This document shows positions 1-13,436 of a DNA stretch of 64,000 bases, piece after piece; positions within the stretch are counted from its first letter, which is position 1; each line of letters starts with the position of its first letter. A program made the position numbers and the translations under genes. The notes beneath the pieces were generated by a model, which saw nothing but the letters and a program-made list of their open reading frames with translations, searched no databases and was not told the DNA's origin. Source of the stretch: Octopus vulgaris (taxonomy: Eukaryota); the NCBI GenBank assembly GCA_951406725.2, contig OX597836.1, forward strand, positions 4,216,001 through 4,280,000. The letters run 5' to 3'.

Positions 1-17
1 CTGCCTGGTACTTCATT

Positions 18-150
18 GGGGCAATTTTGGCCTTCATCACTTCGGGATTGATAAGTTAAGTACCAGTGGAACACTGGGGGCGATGTAATCGACAAGTCCT
101 TTCCCGCCAAATTTCACTCCATGTGCCTTTACTAGAAAGGCCTATTACTA
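18..150 (+). mobile_element. 3' half of tRNA-derived SINE family A
   Basis: gccttcatcacttcggg..gataagttaagtaccagt..cactggggg..gatgtaatcgac matches the body of the family A copies at 28123 and 32648. Confidence 0.7.
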
Positions 151-593
151 TTATGAAAATATTATCATCATCACCATCAATTTCTTCCTCTTCCACCTTC
201 TTCCCCGCATGTTCCTCCTCCTAGTTGTCATCATTATAATCCCCGTCTCACTGACGTCATGATCCTGCTCCTCCCTCATCAGACACAATCCTTTTCCTCT
301 GCCGTTTCATTCATTTTCTTTCATAGTCTATATTCTTAATATCGTAATTGTTACACTTATAGAATACTTGTTGCTGTATTCATCCCTCGTCATTTTCGTT
401 AACGTTGAGGTTGCTGATGTTCTTGTTGTTGTTAATCGCAGCCGCCGCCGTCGTCTCGTCATCGTCGTCGCCGTCGTCGTCGTCATTACGGGTTTCTGTT
501 GTTGGTTTGTTATGATTTATCTCCTCCATCTATAGTACTTCAACATAATTTCATCTCAGATATTCTGAATATACTCAAGAGTATTCAAGCTGT

Positions 594-606
594 ACACACA
601 CACACA

Positions 607-645
<39 letters not shown>

Positions 646-828
646 ATCTCACTCACTCTCTTCACCTACCTTTCACTCACACTCACACACACACACTCTC
701 TCTCTCTCTCTATATATATATATATGGGTGGGTGTGTGTATGTATATATATACATGTACATATATACACGATATTTGTAAATTTACATACACAGTGACAT
801 AAATACATATACCTATATCTATATACAT

Positions 829-886
<58 letters not shown>

Positions 887-1117
887 ATGTGTGTATGTAT
901 TCGTATACATCATGTACATAAACACGTTCAGATACATAATGCCATTTAAAATTTGTAGAATATACTACCAAAAGAGTACATCCATACTTAAATATATATA
1001 CAACTATCTGCACATATCAATATATGTATATACATAGAGATATAAAATATAAATGTACTTATAGTTATATGCATATCTCTAAATATCTTCGTACCTCTTT
1101 ATCTCTCCGTCTTTTAC

Positions 1118-1168
<51 letters not shown>

Positions 1169-1298
1169 CATGCATATACATGTAAATATACACATATATA
1201 CATATATACACCCACCCACAAGCATATATTTGTGTTATATGTGTGTATTTATATATATATATCTCCCTATATATGTATATATATATATATCGATATAC

Positions 1299-1344
<46 letters not shown>

Positions 1345-1404
1345 TGATATATGTATGTATATATATGTATATATGTATGTATATATATATGTATGTATAT
1401 ATAT
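594..1404. repeat. Compound (CA)n/(CT)n/(TA)n/(TG)n microsatellite field; representative of dozens of such fields across the window
   Basis: Direct reading; these fields generate the YIYI/HTHT/CVCV pseudo-ORFs. Confidence 0.95.
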
Positions 1405-2040
1405 GGATATTGGAAATTTATAGCATATAGACGCGAGGCACGTTTATCATCGCCTCGTGTATATATGTTGGTCCTTGGCTTCTCTGCTTACGAGACAACG
1501 CCAGTGATAAATAAATTAATTAAATTAATTTATTTAATTAATAAAGATTGTCGAATTTATGCATAGTCCAGAAAGGGAAATGTTAAACGTTTTAATTTCT
1601 CTTTCCATTTCAGAATCACAACTATTAGTGGTTTGGAGTCTGGCTGCTCTTTCTAGTGAGTCGGATGTCATATTATGGCCGTCCCTTATATGTTTGAATG
1701 TATATTATATTTTATAGTCTATTGATTATTTTTCTTTCTCACTTGAACGCTGGTAGCGGAGAATTTTTCTAGAATTTTTTGCTACCTTAAAATTTATTAA
1801 TTAATATATATGCATAAATGTAAATATATGAATACATATTCATATTTAGATTCAGATGAATTACGAACTTGAGTTGAATCATTAGAATTTAATAAGGTAT
1901 TATCCATACAGTTTCAAAGGGAATTGATTAATATCAAAATATCCTGTTGCTTATTTTGATTATACATATTAATATGTATAGGATGATAGCTATATATTAA
2001 GATATCATAATGATAAGATATATATTCCAGTTTAAACTGA

Positions 2041-2285
2041 CATTTTATATAAACAATTGACTGAAAAATGAGGAGGTAACACAAGCCAGAATAGAACTCA
2101 CATATCAACGTTAACACGGCTGCATACGTATCCGATTGAACCAAGCGCTCACCCATCAAATTTTATGAATCTATTCTTTAACTGTTCAATCGTATGCGCA
2201 TGGAACCGTGTAATATTTGATACGTGAGTTCGATTCAGGCCTGGATTAGCTCATAATTTTGTCATTGAAATGATTATATAAAATG
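2041..2285. mobile_element. Fold-back (MITE-like) element with ~100-bp imperfect inverted arms
   Basis: caagccagaatagaactcacatatcaacgttaacacggctgcatacgtatccgattgaac (2082-2141) aligns to the reverse complement of 2184-2243; similarity continues to cattttatataa/ttatataaaatg. Confidence 0.75.
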
Positions 2286-2395
2286 ATTATATAAAATGCT
2301 TATAAAAAATTGTATAAAATGTCGCTTTAAATCGCTTTAAGCATTAATAAATATACTTATATACATATATCTACACACATGCTTTAATATATATA

Positions 2396-2464
<69 letters not shown>

Positions 2465-3253
2465 TACATATATATATATGCATACATAATCTTCCTTATA
2501 AACAGTTATACACACGTGTATTGTAAATATTACGTATGTCGGAGGATTGGTAGTATAATAGGAAGTTCAGTGCAAACGTCTTGTGTTGCCTCGATGTAGA
2601 TTCTATACTCTCTGTTATCGATAGTAGTACTCGTCTAGTACATAATTTATAGACCCTGAAAGAATGAAAGTCAACGACAGCATCAGAGCAATTTGAACTC
2701 CGAAATTAAGATTTGGTTTACTACAAGAAGACACATATGAACTTATACAAGGATATTACACAAAGGCCCGTGCTTTGCTTTGGACCGAATTTGAATGAAT
2801 CAAGCAGAAAATCACTTTACTATTAAAAGACAAATACCGGAGTCTACTTTCTTGAATGCCTGAGTTTTGAGAATGTGGAGCTGACAAGGGGTTAGTTCCG
2901 GCCAATTGATGCATAAAAGCATAGAAGATGAAAGCTTGTGTGTCTATGGCTGTGGGTGGGTGTAAGGAAGAGAAAGCGAAAGAGAAAGTAAGAAGGGGAA
3001 TAGGGGATAAAGAGGGAGTGATGGAGAGAAAATAAACATCATTAGTTGTCTTCAGGTTTGTTTCCTTACTTGAAAGTGAAAAACGGTGACCGGCAACGCT
3101 GAATTTCTCGGAAATCGAACACATGTTCAAAAGATCCGGTACGATCCGAATTACACAAACTATTCAACACACTACTAACTACTACACCATTACGTGTGTA
3201 AATACATTTATATACATATGTATGTATATATATATATATATTTAAATATATAC

Positions 3254-3301
<48 letters not shown>

Positions 3302-3766
3302 ATGTATATATATAAACGTATATATATATAAAAACTTATATGCATGTATATATGTATATGTATGAGCATATATATGCGTGTGTGTATCAGTACTTGTGTG
3401 CTTGTGTGACTGTATTCATATATACTTATATATATCAACACATATTTATATATATATGTATATGTACATATTTATGTCTATCTATATGTCAATCTATCTA
3501 TACACACACATATATATATATATATATGTATAAATACATTGACATATAGATAGACATAGATATATTTACACACATATATATATATATATATATGTACATA
3601 ATTATATATATATACGTAATTAAATATATCAATGTATACATATGTATGTATACGTGTGTGTGTATATACTTATTCATATGTACATACATGAATTCCTATA
3701 TATATATTTATGCATATTTATACATATATATATACCTATATGGATGCCTATATCTATATCGATTTA

Positions 3767-3807
<41 letters not shown>

Positions 3808-4120
3808 TAAACCAATCCTGATGTAGATAGACGTGGCTCGTTACTGAGTGATTCTTGTTGAAAACACGATTGATGAGAGGCATTCAACAATATTACAAAG
3901 GAAACTGTCACTATATTTCGTGAAATGGAGTTGATTGAACAGTTGCCCGAAGGATTTGAAGACTCGGTGCTGAATAAACACGACCAGGCCTGTTTATAAT
4001 GTGAACTGCAACGTATACGTGTGTGTGGGTTCGTGTGTGTGTCCATGTGTACGTATTGAAATACATACATATATATTTTTTTAATATACGTACACACACA
4101 CACACACGTACGTACTGAAA

Positions 4121-4154
<34 letters not shown>

Positions 4155-4232
4155 TTAACCTAAATACTTATATTAGTATGTATTGTCTCGTCTTATTTAT
4201 ATTGATTCGGCAGGCTGATTCAACAACATCTC

Positions 4233-4233
4233 A

Positions 4234-4311
<78 letters not shown>

Positions 4312-4524
4312 ACTGCTACTACTACTACTACTGCTACTACTACTACTACTACTGCTAATACTACTACTACTACTGCTACTGCTGCTGCTGCTACTACTAC
4401 TATGACTACTAATACTATAACTAATTCCACAGCCACCACTACCAGTAACCGCAGCACCGGTAGTACCAACAGATGCAGCTGCATGAGTAGCAGAGAAGCG
4501 ATAGTAGCAGCCACAGCAGAAGCT

Positions 4525-4568
<44 letters not shown>

Positions 4569-4646
4569 GTTGTTGTTTTTGTTGTTGTTGTTGTTACTAT
4601 TGTTATTATTATTATTATTATTAGTGATGGTGGTGGTGGTAGTAGC

Positions 4647-4711
<65 letters not shown>

Positions 4712-4712
4712 C
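4233..4712. repeat. Trinucleotide arrays (CTA)n/(CTG)n, (TTA)n/(TTG)n, (GTA)n
   Basis: Direct reading. Confidence 0.95.
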
Positions 4713-5278
4713 AGTAAGATTGGCAGCAGCAGCAACCGCAACAACAGCTCCTTTTTTTGGACCACGTGGTCTGTAAAAGCTGCAGACAATACGTTGGCCA
4801 AAAGACAAAACTAGAAGAAGCGCAAAAGCCAGCGGGTCGAAGTACGTAACACAAAGTGCGACATTAAGTAAAAACAAGCAAAATGCATCCTTAAATATAA
4901 AAGATATCTAGCATTATTAATATAGAACATCAAACCAATAAGAGGAACACGACAGCTGCCCGAAATATACGAAACGGGTAGAAACCTGGCAGCAAACGCA
5001 CACGACCTTGGGTTATACTCAAGCGAAGGGCAAACGAGTTCCTCCCGTACCTTTTCACACACAATCGGCATATTTAGAATGGAGGTTTTTAGTCGTATTT
5101 GTTTGGCTACGCTCATTAACTGTCATGAGTCCAACTGGAGAGTCGCGCGTAGCTTACTAGCGTTCCTATTTTTCTTTAGAGGAAACGAAGAAACGAAGGT
5201 TAACTTCTTCGATGGGTGTTCGAAAAACTTGATTGGAATTTGGGGTTTCAGTGCAATAGACATATATTCTCAATCCTT

Positions 5279-5640
5279 AAGGCAGCGATCTGGCAGAATC
5301 GTTAGCACGTCGAGTGAAATGCAGAGCGGTATTTCGTCTGCCGTTACGTTTTGTGGTCAAATTCCACCGATGTCGACTCTGCCTTTCATCCTTTCGGGGT
5401 CGATAAAATAAGTACCAGTTACGCACTGGGGTCGCTATAATCGACTTAATCCATTTGTCTGTCCTGGTTTGTTCTCTCAGTGTTTAGCCACTTGTGGGTA
5501 GTAAAGAAATAGGTATTTCGCCTGCCGCTACGTTCTGAATTCAAATTCCGCCGAGGTTGACTTTGCCTTAATCTACTCGTCTGTCCTTGTTTGTCCCCTC
5601 TATGTTTGGCGTCTTGTGGGCGATAAAGAAATAAGAAATG
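5279..5640 (+). mobile_element. SINE family A with partial internal tandem duplication and target-site duplication
   Basis: aaggcagcgatctggcagaatcgttagcac head; body repeated from 5512; flanked by ttctcaatcctt at 5267-5278 and 5641-5652. Confidence 0.9.
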
Positions 5641-5699
5641 TTCTCAATCCTTTGAAGTACGAACAGCCTAGAATATACTTAGTTGTGGAGCCCTGTCAT

Positions 5700-5950
5700 C
5701 GGAGGACATCCTGTTTGTCTTTGTCATAGTATCAGGTGAAGTTTGTCGCTTGACTACGTGATACACTTGGCTGATAATCAGATCCATCTCATAATTGCTA
5801 ACAACTGATGGACACAATTCCATAAATCGGCAAATGATTGGGCATTGAACGAATGCGTGATTGACGATTTCCTCATTCTGCCTGCATCAGAAACATATTC
5901 GCTTTCTGTCAGTGCCAACGGGGTTATGATTGTAACTTTGTAATAAAAAA
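5700..5950 (-). pseudogene. Decayed L1/Tx1-clade LINE ORF2 C-terminal zinc knuckle (zf-RVT-like)
   Basis: Minus strand reads CF*CRQNEEIVNHAFVQCPII, then after a frameshift ADLWNCVHQLL; fits the CxxC..E...H.F..CP...W motif. Confidence 0.6.
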
Positions 5951-6044
5951 GATTAAATAAAACGTTTGGAAATTGTCCTTAATCCTAGATTCGATTGTCT
6001 TCTAGGAAACAGTTAGAAATATGACCAGGTTCATACCACACACA

Positions 6045-6083
<39 letters not shown>

Positions 6084-7024
6084 ACACATACACACATACA
6101 AACCCTGAAAAGATCAGAATATGGTAATGAGGGAGGAGCAGAAAAAGAGGGAAAGTGAAAGAGAAAGAGAGATTGGAACTTGGCAGTACAGTTAGCAATA
6201 GTGAACTTGCAAAGAATCTATTTCATTGAAATTCTAAATAATTCTTCAAAAGTTTGAAGTCGAAGCTCTCCAAGAGTTTGCGTAAGTTGTGAATGAATAA
6301 GAAGAATAAAAACACACAGGTATCACATGGTAGTTTGAAGTGATGAAAAGAGCAGCAAAATCTCCCGAAAATCACACCATAGTATCTTAAAAAAAAGGTA
6401 TATCCGATCCGAAATACCCTGGTCTTGAATTCTAAAAGAACAATAGTAACAGCAGCAACAACAATAACAACAACGACAACAACAACAGCAAGAGCAGCGA
6501 CAACAATGGCAACGCTGATGATGAGGAAGGAAGAGATTCTTTATTCTCATCCGAACACAATTGTAGGCTTTAATTACTAAACAATTCTAATTTCTTAAGA
6601 TGATGATGATTACGTCATTGATTTTTTTTTTCTCCACGCCCCTTCTGTTCGCCAGTTCCATGATTTGATTAGTGTCCTCTTTCAATAACTCATCAATCAG
6701 CATCACGTTACTTATGGATGCCAAGATGAAGAGACGAACTAAAGCTATTTTAATACTCGTCCTTTTGCCGCATGATTTTCATGCGAAATGTTGCATCTCC
6801 ATTACATCCAGGTTTAAAAATCATTCGGAATCCGAGGAAATTGGCGAGAGGTTGAGTCAGCAGCAACTCTAATAATGGTAAATCTAAGAGAATTCTGTTG
6901 GTGCCTATGCATTCACTGGTTATTAAAGATTTATGGCTAAAAACATCAATTCTGCCCCCTTTTTAACATGACCTGAAATAATTGAAACAAAAAAAAAACG
7001 TTCTGAGAGTTACCATCCATTTAC

Positions 7025-7081
7025 CGTAGGCCGTCCAAAGCTATGTGAGTGGATTTGGTATACGGAAACTGAAAGAATCTC

Positions 7082-7144
<63 letters not shown>

Positions 7145-7390
7145 TTGTGTGCGTAAACGAGCGTGTCTTTGTGTCAGTGTTTGTCCCCACGACCATTTTA
7201 CAACCGCTGTTGTGTTTAGGTTCCTGTAAATTAGCCGCCGTACAAAGCAAACCGATAGAATAAGTACCTGGTTAAAAAAAAAACCCCAAAAATGTACTGC
7301 CGTTCACTTTTTCGACTAAAAATACTTCAAAGAGGTGCTCCAGCATGGCCGCAGTCAAATATCTGAAACAATTGTAAGATGGACGATAAA
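7025..7390 (+). mobile_element. SINE family B, 5'-truncated, with internal (TA)n(TG)n
   Basis: gtgagtggatttggta..ggaaactgaaagaa and 3' end ggtgctccagcatggccgcagtcaaat..ctgaaaca. Confidence 0.8.
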
Positions 7391-8015
7391 TGATACAACT
7401 ACTCTCTTTGTGAAGCGTCGGTTAATACCATCGAAAGAAATCTCCCTTCAATGACATTCTATCGTTTTAAGAAAAGGAAGGGCTATCGGATAAGCTAGCA
7501 TTTGATATCAAAGCTAAGGCCACATTTGGAATACCTTCCATCATATATACGAGTGCCTGTAACACAGAATTGTAAGCAGAGATATTGTGAAATAAGTTAT
7601 TTACGCTATATCATATTATACGAATTTATAATATAGAATAGAAAAATTTGTTGTCATTTTCATTATTAATGTTTAACTAACACAAAATAATCATTCGTAC
7701 TTAAAAAAAAAAGAAAACTTAACAAAAAAGAAACAAGAAACAAAACAAAACAGAGGATGTCTCATAATGTAAAGAAATGATGGATAAAATCGAAATAATA
7801 TGCAGAATATGGAGATACATTCGCATCAGTAAATTTATAATAATGTGTATCCAAAAAATTAGATTCTAAGTTTTTGTTCTTCAAATGACAATTTTTGGTG
7901 ATATCGATGAATTCTAGAAATCAACAACTTATTTAATTATAGGTATGTGTATATAGATATAATTATTTGTACGTATGTATACATTTAAATACACATAGAT
8001 CAATATATATGTATA

Positions 8016-8072
<57 letters not shown>

Positions 8073-8254
8073 TTATTTATGAACATATGTATATATATAA
8101 ATAAAGACGTATATATAAATATATATAACTATATATACATATATATATATACATATATATATATACATATATATATATACATATATATATACATATATAT
8201 ATGTATATGTTTATATTTATATTATATAAACTTATATATATATAAACATATATA

Positions 8255-8302
<48 letters not shown>

Positions 8303-8343
8303 TATATATATATAAACATATACATATAGGTATACATACATAC

Positions 8344-8378
<35 letters not shown>

Positions 8379-8901
8379 CGATTACCTATATGTGCCTAAG
8401 TGTGTGTGCGCGCGTATATACATATATGTATGTGTGCTTATGTATATATAATAGTATTAATGTAATTATACTCAATGAGAAGCACTATAATGAGAAAGAA
8501 ACAATACAACAGAATAAAAAGAAAAACAATATTCTATATTCAATTATATTTGCGTGTGTCTAATTTTTGTTTTTATATGTATTTACTTATCTGGTATTTG
8601 AATTGTTTTATATTATTAAAAAAAAATACTTCAAAGAACTCTTGTACAGTGAAGTGTAAAGCAAAAATGTGTAAACGAATAAATACATCAGACAAACAAA
8701 CGAAACAAACAGAAAAACAAATACCACTTTGTCTTAGATTTTCCACTTGTGTTGAAATATTCAAACAATTTTCTTATCATTATTCAATTATAATTTGTGA
8801 TTTTCTGTTTTCTTTTTTGTGTTTCTAATTAAATTCTTAAATATTTAATTATCCAATAAAGTATATGTGGGCGTACAATAAATTTCTACTGTGTTGTAAT
8901 T

Positions 8902-8954
<53 letters not shown>

Positions 8955-9048
8955 AGCATATATTTATATACCTATCTATCTATCTATCTATCTATATATA
9001 TATATATATAAATATGTATTTATATATGTATAAATATCTGAATATCTA

Positions 9049-9099
<51 letters not shown>

Positions 9100-9270
9100 A
9101 GATATATATACTTATATAAAAGTATACGTACACACATATTTATATCTACATATGTTTATATATATATATCATTTATATATATGTATGTACATATATATAT
9201 ATATATAAATTTGTTTATGTATATAATGTAGATATATGTATAGGCATATTATATATAAATATATCTCTTC

Positions 9271-9303
<33 letters not shown>

Positions 9304-9839
9304 TATTACCGTACACGCTGCGCGCACACACAAACACACACAAACACACACACACACACATATTAGTGAAAGATATATATATATATGTGTGTGTGTGTGT
9401 ATGTATATACTTTTTAAAGTCGTATATATGTTTTTGATAGTAAGAAAAGTGAGATTTTCTACAACAATTATTATTATCCGCTTTCATCACTTTCATCACT
9501 TTTGGGAGATTCATCATGAACCTATACTCACCGGGTACACACACACACACACACACGCATATTGATGTGTTCCCAATGCAGATAACTAACGTGGCAGGTG
9601 AGACGGAACTCCCTTCCGATCAAATGAGACACGGTGGAGGAAACGATTCTTCATTTATATATTTATATGTTTATGAATTATGTAATTTGTGTAATACTCA
9701 AATACTCAATGGTATGACGATACACTGTACCGTCTAAACTTCATAGATATAATAGACGTATCGAGGTGAATATGTTGTTTCATAACAAGGGGCGTTATAC
9801 ACATATACACTTGAATACATACATACATACAGACATACA

Positions 9840-9942
9840 TACAAAAATACCCCGTTGTTGATGTTGGAATTCCACTGAAAGATCCCTGGAAACCGGCTCT
9901 GTCTCTATTGTCAAGAAATTTTGAAATAAAACTAAATAACGA
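9840..9942 (+). mobile_element. Short dispersed repeat (family H1), partial copy
   Basis: gttgttgatg..aattcca..gaaaccgg..ctattg.caagaaat.ttgaaataaaact.aataa also at 30090-30201 (+) and 62676-62787 (-). Confidence 0.75.
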
Positions 9943-10435
9943 CACACACACACAGACAAACGTACATACATACGGAGATACATGCATACATATATATATA
10001 TATATACATACATAAATTGTATCCCAAAATGGAACCTCGCACCCCCAAGAAAACCCCAAACACATAGTCGTAAAGTATTGTATTCCTTTTGTAGTCCTAG
10101 AAAGACAGTTTCTGAATAATATGTAAAGATAATTTGTTTAAAGTGATCAGCTGCTTGTGGTGCACGTTAGCTCAATTTCCGCATCAAATTGACCTTATCT
10201 GAAAGGTTGTACAGCGTACGAAAGCTGAGGTGATGAAATGATGGCAATATGAGATAGAGTGTCTTGCTCAAAGTCACGAGCACCACTCTCACTTGGTTTT
10301 GGAATTTAGACCAGGGTCTCGTTATCCTGAATACAACACCCTGACCACAAGGCCATGTTACACCCTCAAACCCGCAAAGTAATTTTCATTTGACCTCCAT
10401 ACACACGCGCACACACACATATATATACGTATATT

Positions 10436-10505
<70 letters not shown>

Positions 10506-10611
10506 CACAACTCGTGAGCTGAAACTAGATAAAATAAAAATTAAATTAAAAATATATATATATATACATCAGTCGAACATTGCCAACAATTTCCAATCAT
10601 ACGTTATAGTT

Positions 10612-10805
10612 ATGAGCTGGCAGAATCGCAAAGACGTCGGGCAAAACGCTCTCCCGTCCTCCCTTTCCTTTGTTGAAATTCCACACAGGCCGACTTTGAC
10701 TTTCACTCCTTCGGGGCCGATAATTGAAATGCCATTCGAACACAAGAGTCGATGTAATGGACCTTTGCTCTCTCCGAAAACTGCTTGCGTTGTGACAGAA
10801 TTTCA
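10612..10805 (+). mobile_element. Degenerate SINE family A
   Basis: gagctggcagaatcg..aaattccacacaggccgactttgactttcactccttcgggg. Confidence 0.7.
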
Positions 10806-11505
10806 GACCAACCACATAGCACTGTGTCATAGCAACTCGTTCAGCAATTCCATTTTAAAAGAAAGCTTTTGCTGTATGGCTACTGCTACAGTCTCCCACA
10901 CTGCGAAATAGATTATTTAGTCCGGAGAGCGATAGACTATTGATGCAAACAGAAATTATCAAAACCGATGTAACTACAATTATGAATACATACGGTAGTG
11001 TTGCTTACGTAATGTAACCTCAACTGAACTGTAAATTATGAAGGTAATGTAATTGGCCTCAGAGAGCCATAAACTGAAATATTCTGTATCGTAATGTCAT
11101 GCTCAGTTTTAAGAGCTCCACCATAAACAGAATTTTCTCTGAGAGTGACAGACATTATAAGATTTACATCATTGTAGACGTATGTGTGGTGTTTGCGGGA
11201 ATCGGTGTTGTGTCATTTTAAAAATTGGTTGGCCTAGATGGAACTTCCTAAAATCATCTGCAAACGTGAGAAAATATACATATGAACTCGAGCAACAGAT
11301 GACTGAAATAAGGAATCGGTGTTGATCAATATGTCTCTCACGGAAACTATACGGAATATTTAATTTCAATAGAACTACCGATGTTTATTTGTGCAACATA
11401 ACAAAACGGCAAATTGAAAGATTGTAAGATTACTCTTCTTCAGTAAAAAAAAAATCGGTTGTCAAAAGTGGAATTACAACAAACAGTGATAGAATGCTCT
11501 AGATC

Positions 11506-11660
11506 TCTGGTTCTTCACCAGTGTCCATATAAACTTTGGGGGGTTCATATAAGCTTTTTAGGGGTACACGTAAGCAACGTAGTGAAATGGGGATTCACAG
11601 TATTATATTAAAGGTCCATGAACAGATTTTTATCAAGGCGTATTTATGTGTTGCAACACA
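11506..11660 (+). mobile_element. Possible left end of a hAT-type MITE
   Basis: ctggttcttcaccagtgtccatat..ggggggttcat resembles cagtggttctcaacc-type hAT termini (recalled, not searched). Confidence 0.35.
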
Positions 11661-11661
11661 T

Positions 11662-11722
<61 letters not shown>

Positions 11723-11890
11723 GTATATAATACATATATAGGTGAAAAATTCGGAGGGATATTACGCGGAACCGGTGCCAATGTTGCCTTGTTTTAATCA
11801 AAGAAATGACACGTTGACATTCACAGTGTCTCATATTATTGCCATGAGAACAGACTGAGATACAAAGCATTTTTTATATATATATATATA

Positions 11891-11953
<63 letters not shown>

Positions 11954-11954
11954 T

Positions 11955-12180
11955 GAAGGCTGACAGAGTTGTTATCGCATCGGACAAAATGCTTAGCGGT
12001 TTTTTCGTCCGTCTTTACGTTGTGAGTTCAAATTCCGCCGATGTTATCTTTGCCTTTCATCCTTCTTGGATCGAAAAAATAAGTAGCAGAGTTGAGCCCT
12101 GGAATCAATGTAAGCAATCCCCCCCACCACCACCATTTCCTCGGAATCGCTGGTCTTCTGGCATGATCTGTAACCATTAT
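11955..12180 (+). mobile_element. SINE family A abutting (TTA)n
   Basis: aatgcttagcggt..gagttcaaattccgccga..tttgcctttcatcctt. Confidence 0.8.
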
Positions 12181-13249
12181 TTTAATCGTAACAATTCTTA
12201 TTTATTCTCATGTTTTCCTTAGAGGTAATAAAACAAGGTAACACGTGACTAAAAATGTAGCAAATTCCCCAGTATTTGGTTTAGCACCTACACCCGAGCA
12301 CACTCACACACACTTGCATTCACACTGACATACACATATACACACAGAAAAACACACGTACACGCACACACAGAACCAAAATTATGTCCGTGAATCTACA
12401 TCCCATTTATTACAGTTTACTCTGCAGCACTTTTCGAGAACCATTAACATTTTATGATCAACAACAAACAAATAATACACGTAAAATTCGAAACAAATTT
12501 ATCTAGAAACAAATGAAGTAAATTAAAATAAGTTAGGCTAAAAGGTATATAGAAAATTGAAGCTATAACTTAAACGACTAAGTTATTTATGATATAAATT
12601 AATGTAAAACATATACTGGCACGACCTCACACATAAAACATAGACAAAAGTCGAGCCACGCATCTGTCAAATATTGACAGTCACGTTAGCAATTACACGA
12701 AAGAGGCTCTCAACAAATTTAACTGTCAAAACGAGAACTTATAAATAATTGTTTTATAGGATTTATTTCCCTTCATGCTGAAGGCAAACTTTTGATATTT
12801 TTAAATCATTGTCAATCAGAGAACAGCACACACACCGTTCAAACTTTGTGTTGAAGAATTTAGTGTTGCATTGAAATGCCTTCATTTTTTCATATTGAAA
12901 CAATCATTGGATAGGAAGTTTTTGTTAGGTATTTTTTTTCATGTTATACTTGTTTTATTCGTTGGATTGTGGCCTTGCTGGAGCATGTCGGGGCACAGCA
13001 TTCACATGTATATTACGGGGTCGTAAACGGTGTTGTAAACAAACCAACATTGGTTGCGAAGATAGGCGGGTAGTAGTGGCACACTGAGGCCTGTAGAAAC
13101 TCACACATGCGCATATACGACCGAATTCCACTCAGTTTCCATCTTTCAAATTCGTTCAAATGCACTGGTCGGTCCAGGGCTTAAGTAGAAGACACAGCAT
13201 AACGGAAATCCCCACCAACCAGGAAATGATGGAGTCGAGTTTTGGCATA

Positions 13250-13436
13250 AGGTCAGCAAATTACGGAGGGTGGGTTAAGTCGATTTCATCGACCCCCAAT
13301 GAATTGAAGATATATTTTATCGACCTTGAAAGGATTAAAATAAACTTGACTTCGCCGGAATTTGAACTAAGAACGGATGATATGCGGCAAAGCGCTTTGC
13401 TCGGCGTGCTAACGATTCTGCCAGATCGCCTCCTTA
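13250..13436 (-). mobile_element. SINE family A
   Basis: Reverse-strand body ending gtgctaacgattctgccagatcgcctcctta. Confidence 0.8.

Noticed and set aside
4760-4771. 12-bp palindrome gaccacgtggtc containing an E-box
   Set aside because: A single short palindrome is expected by chance in 64 kb
4926-5411. ~160-codon stop-free frame on the + strand
   Set aside because: No recognisable domain, runs into a SINE, and has no convincing splice signals
6240-6287. Strong-looking donor gtaagt after ILQKFEVEALQEF (a similar donor lies at 29355)
   Set aside because: In-frame stop just upstream and no acceptor; isolated donors are expected by chance
8705-8790. Minus-strand exon that might splice to 7913
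   Set aside because: Stops close upstream in all frames and no polypyrimidine acceptor
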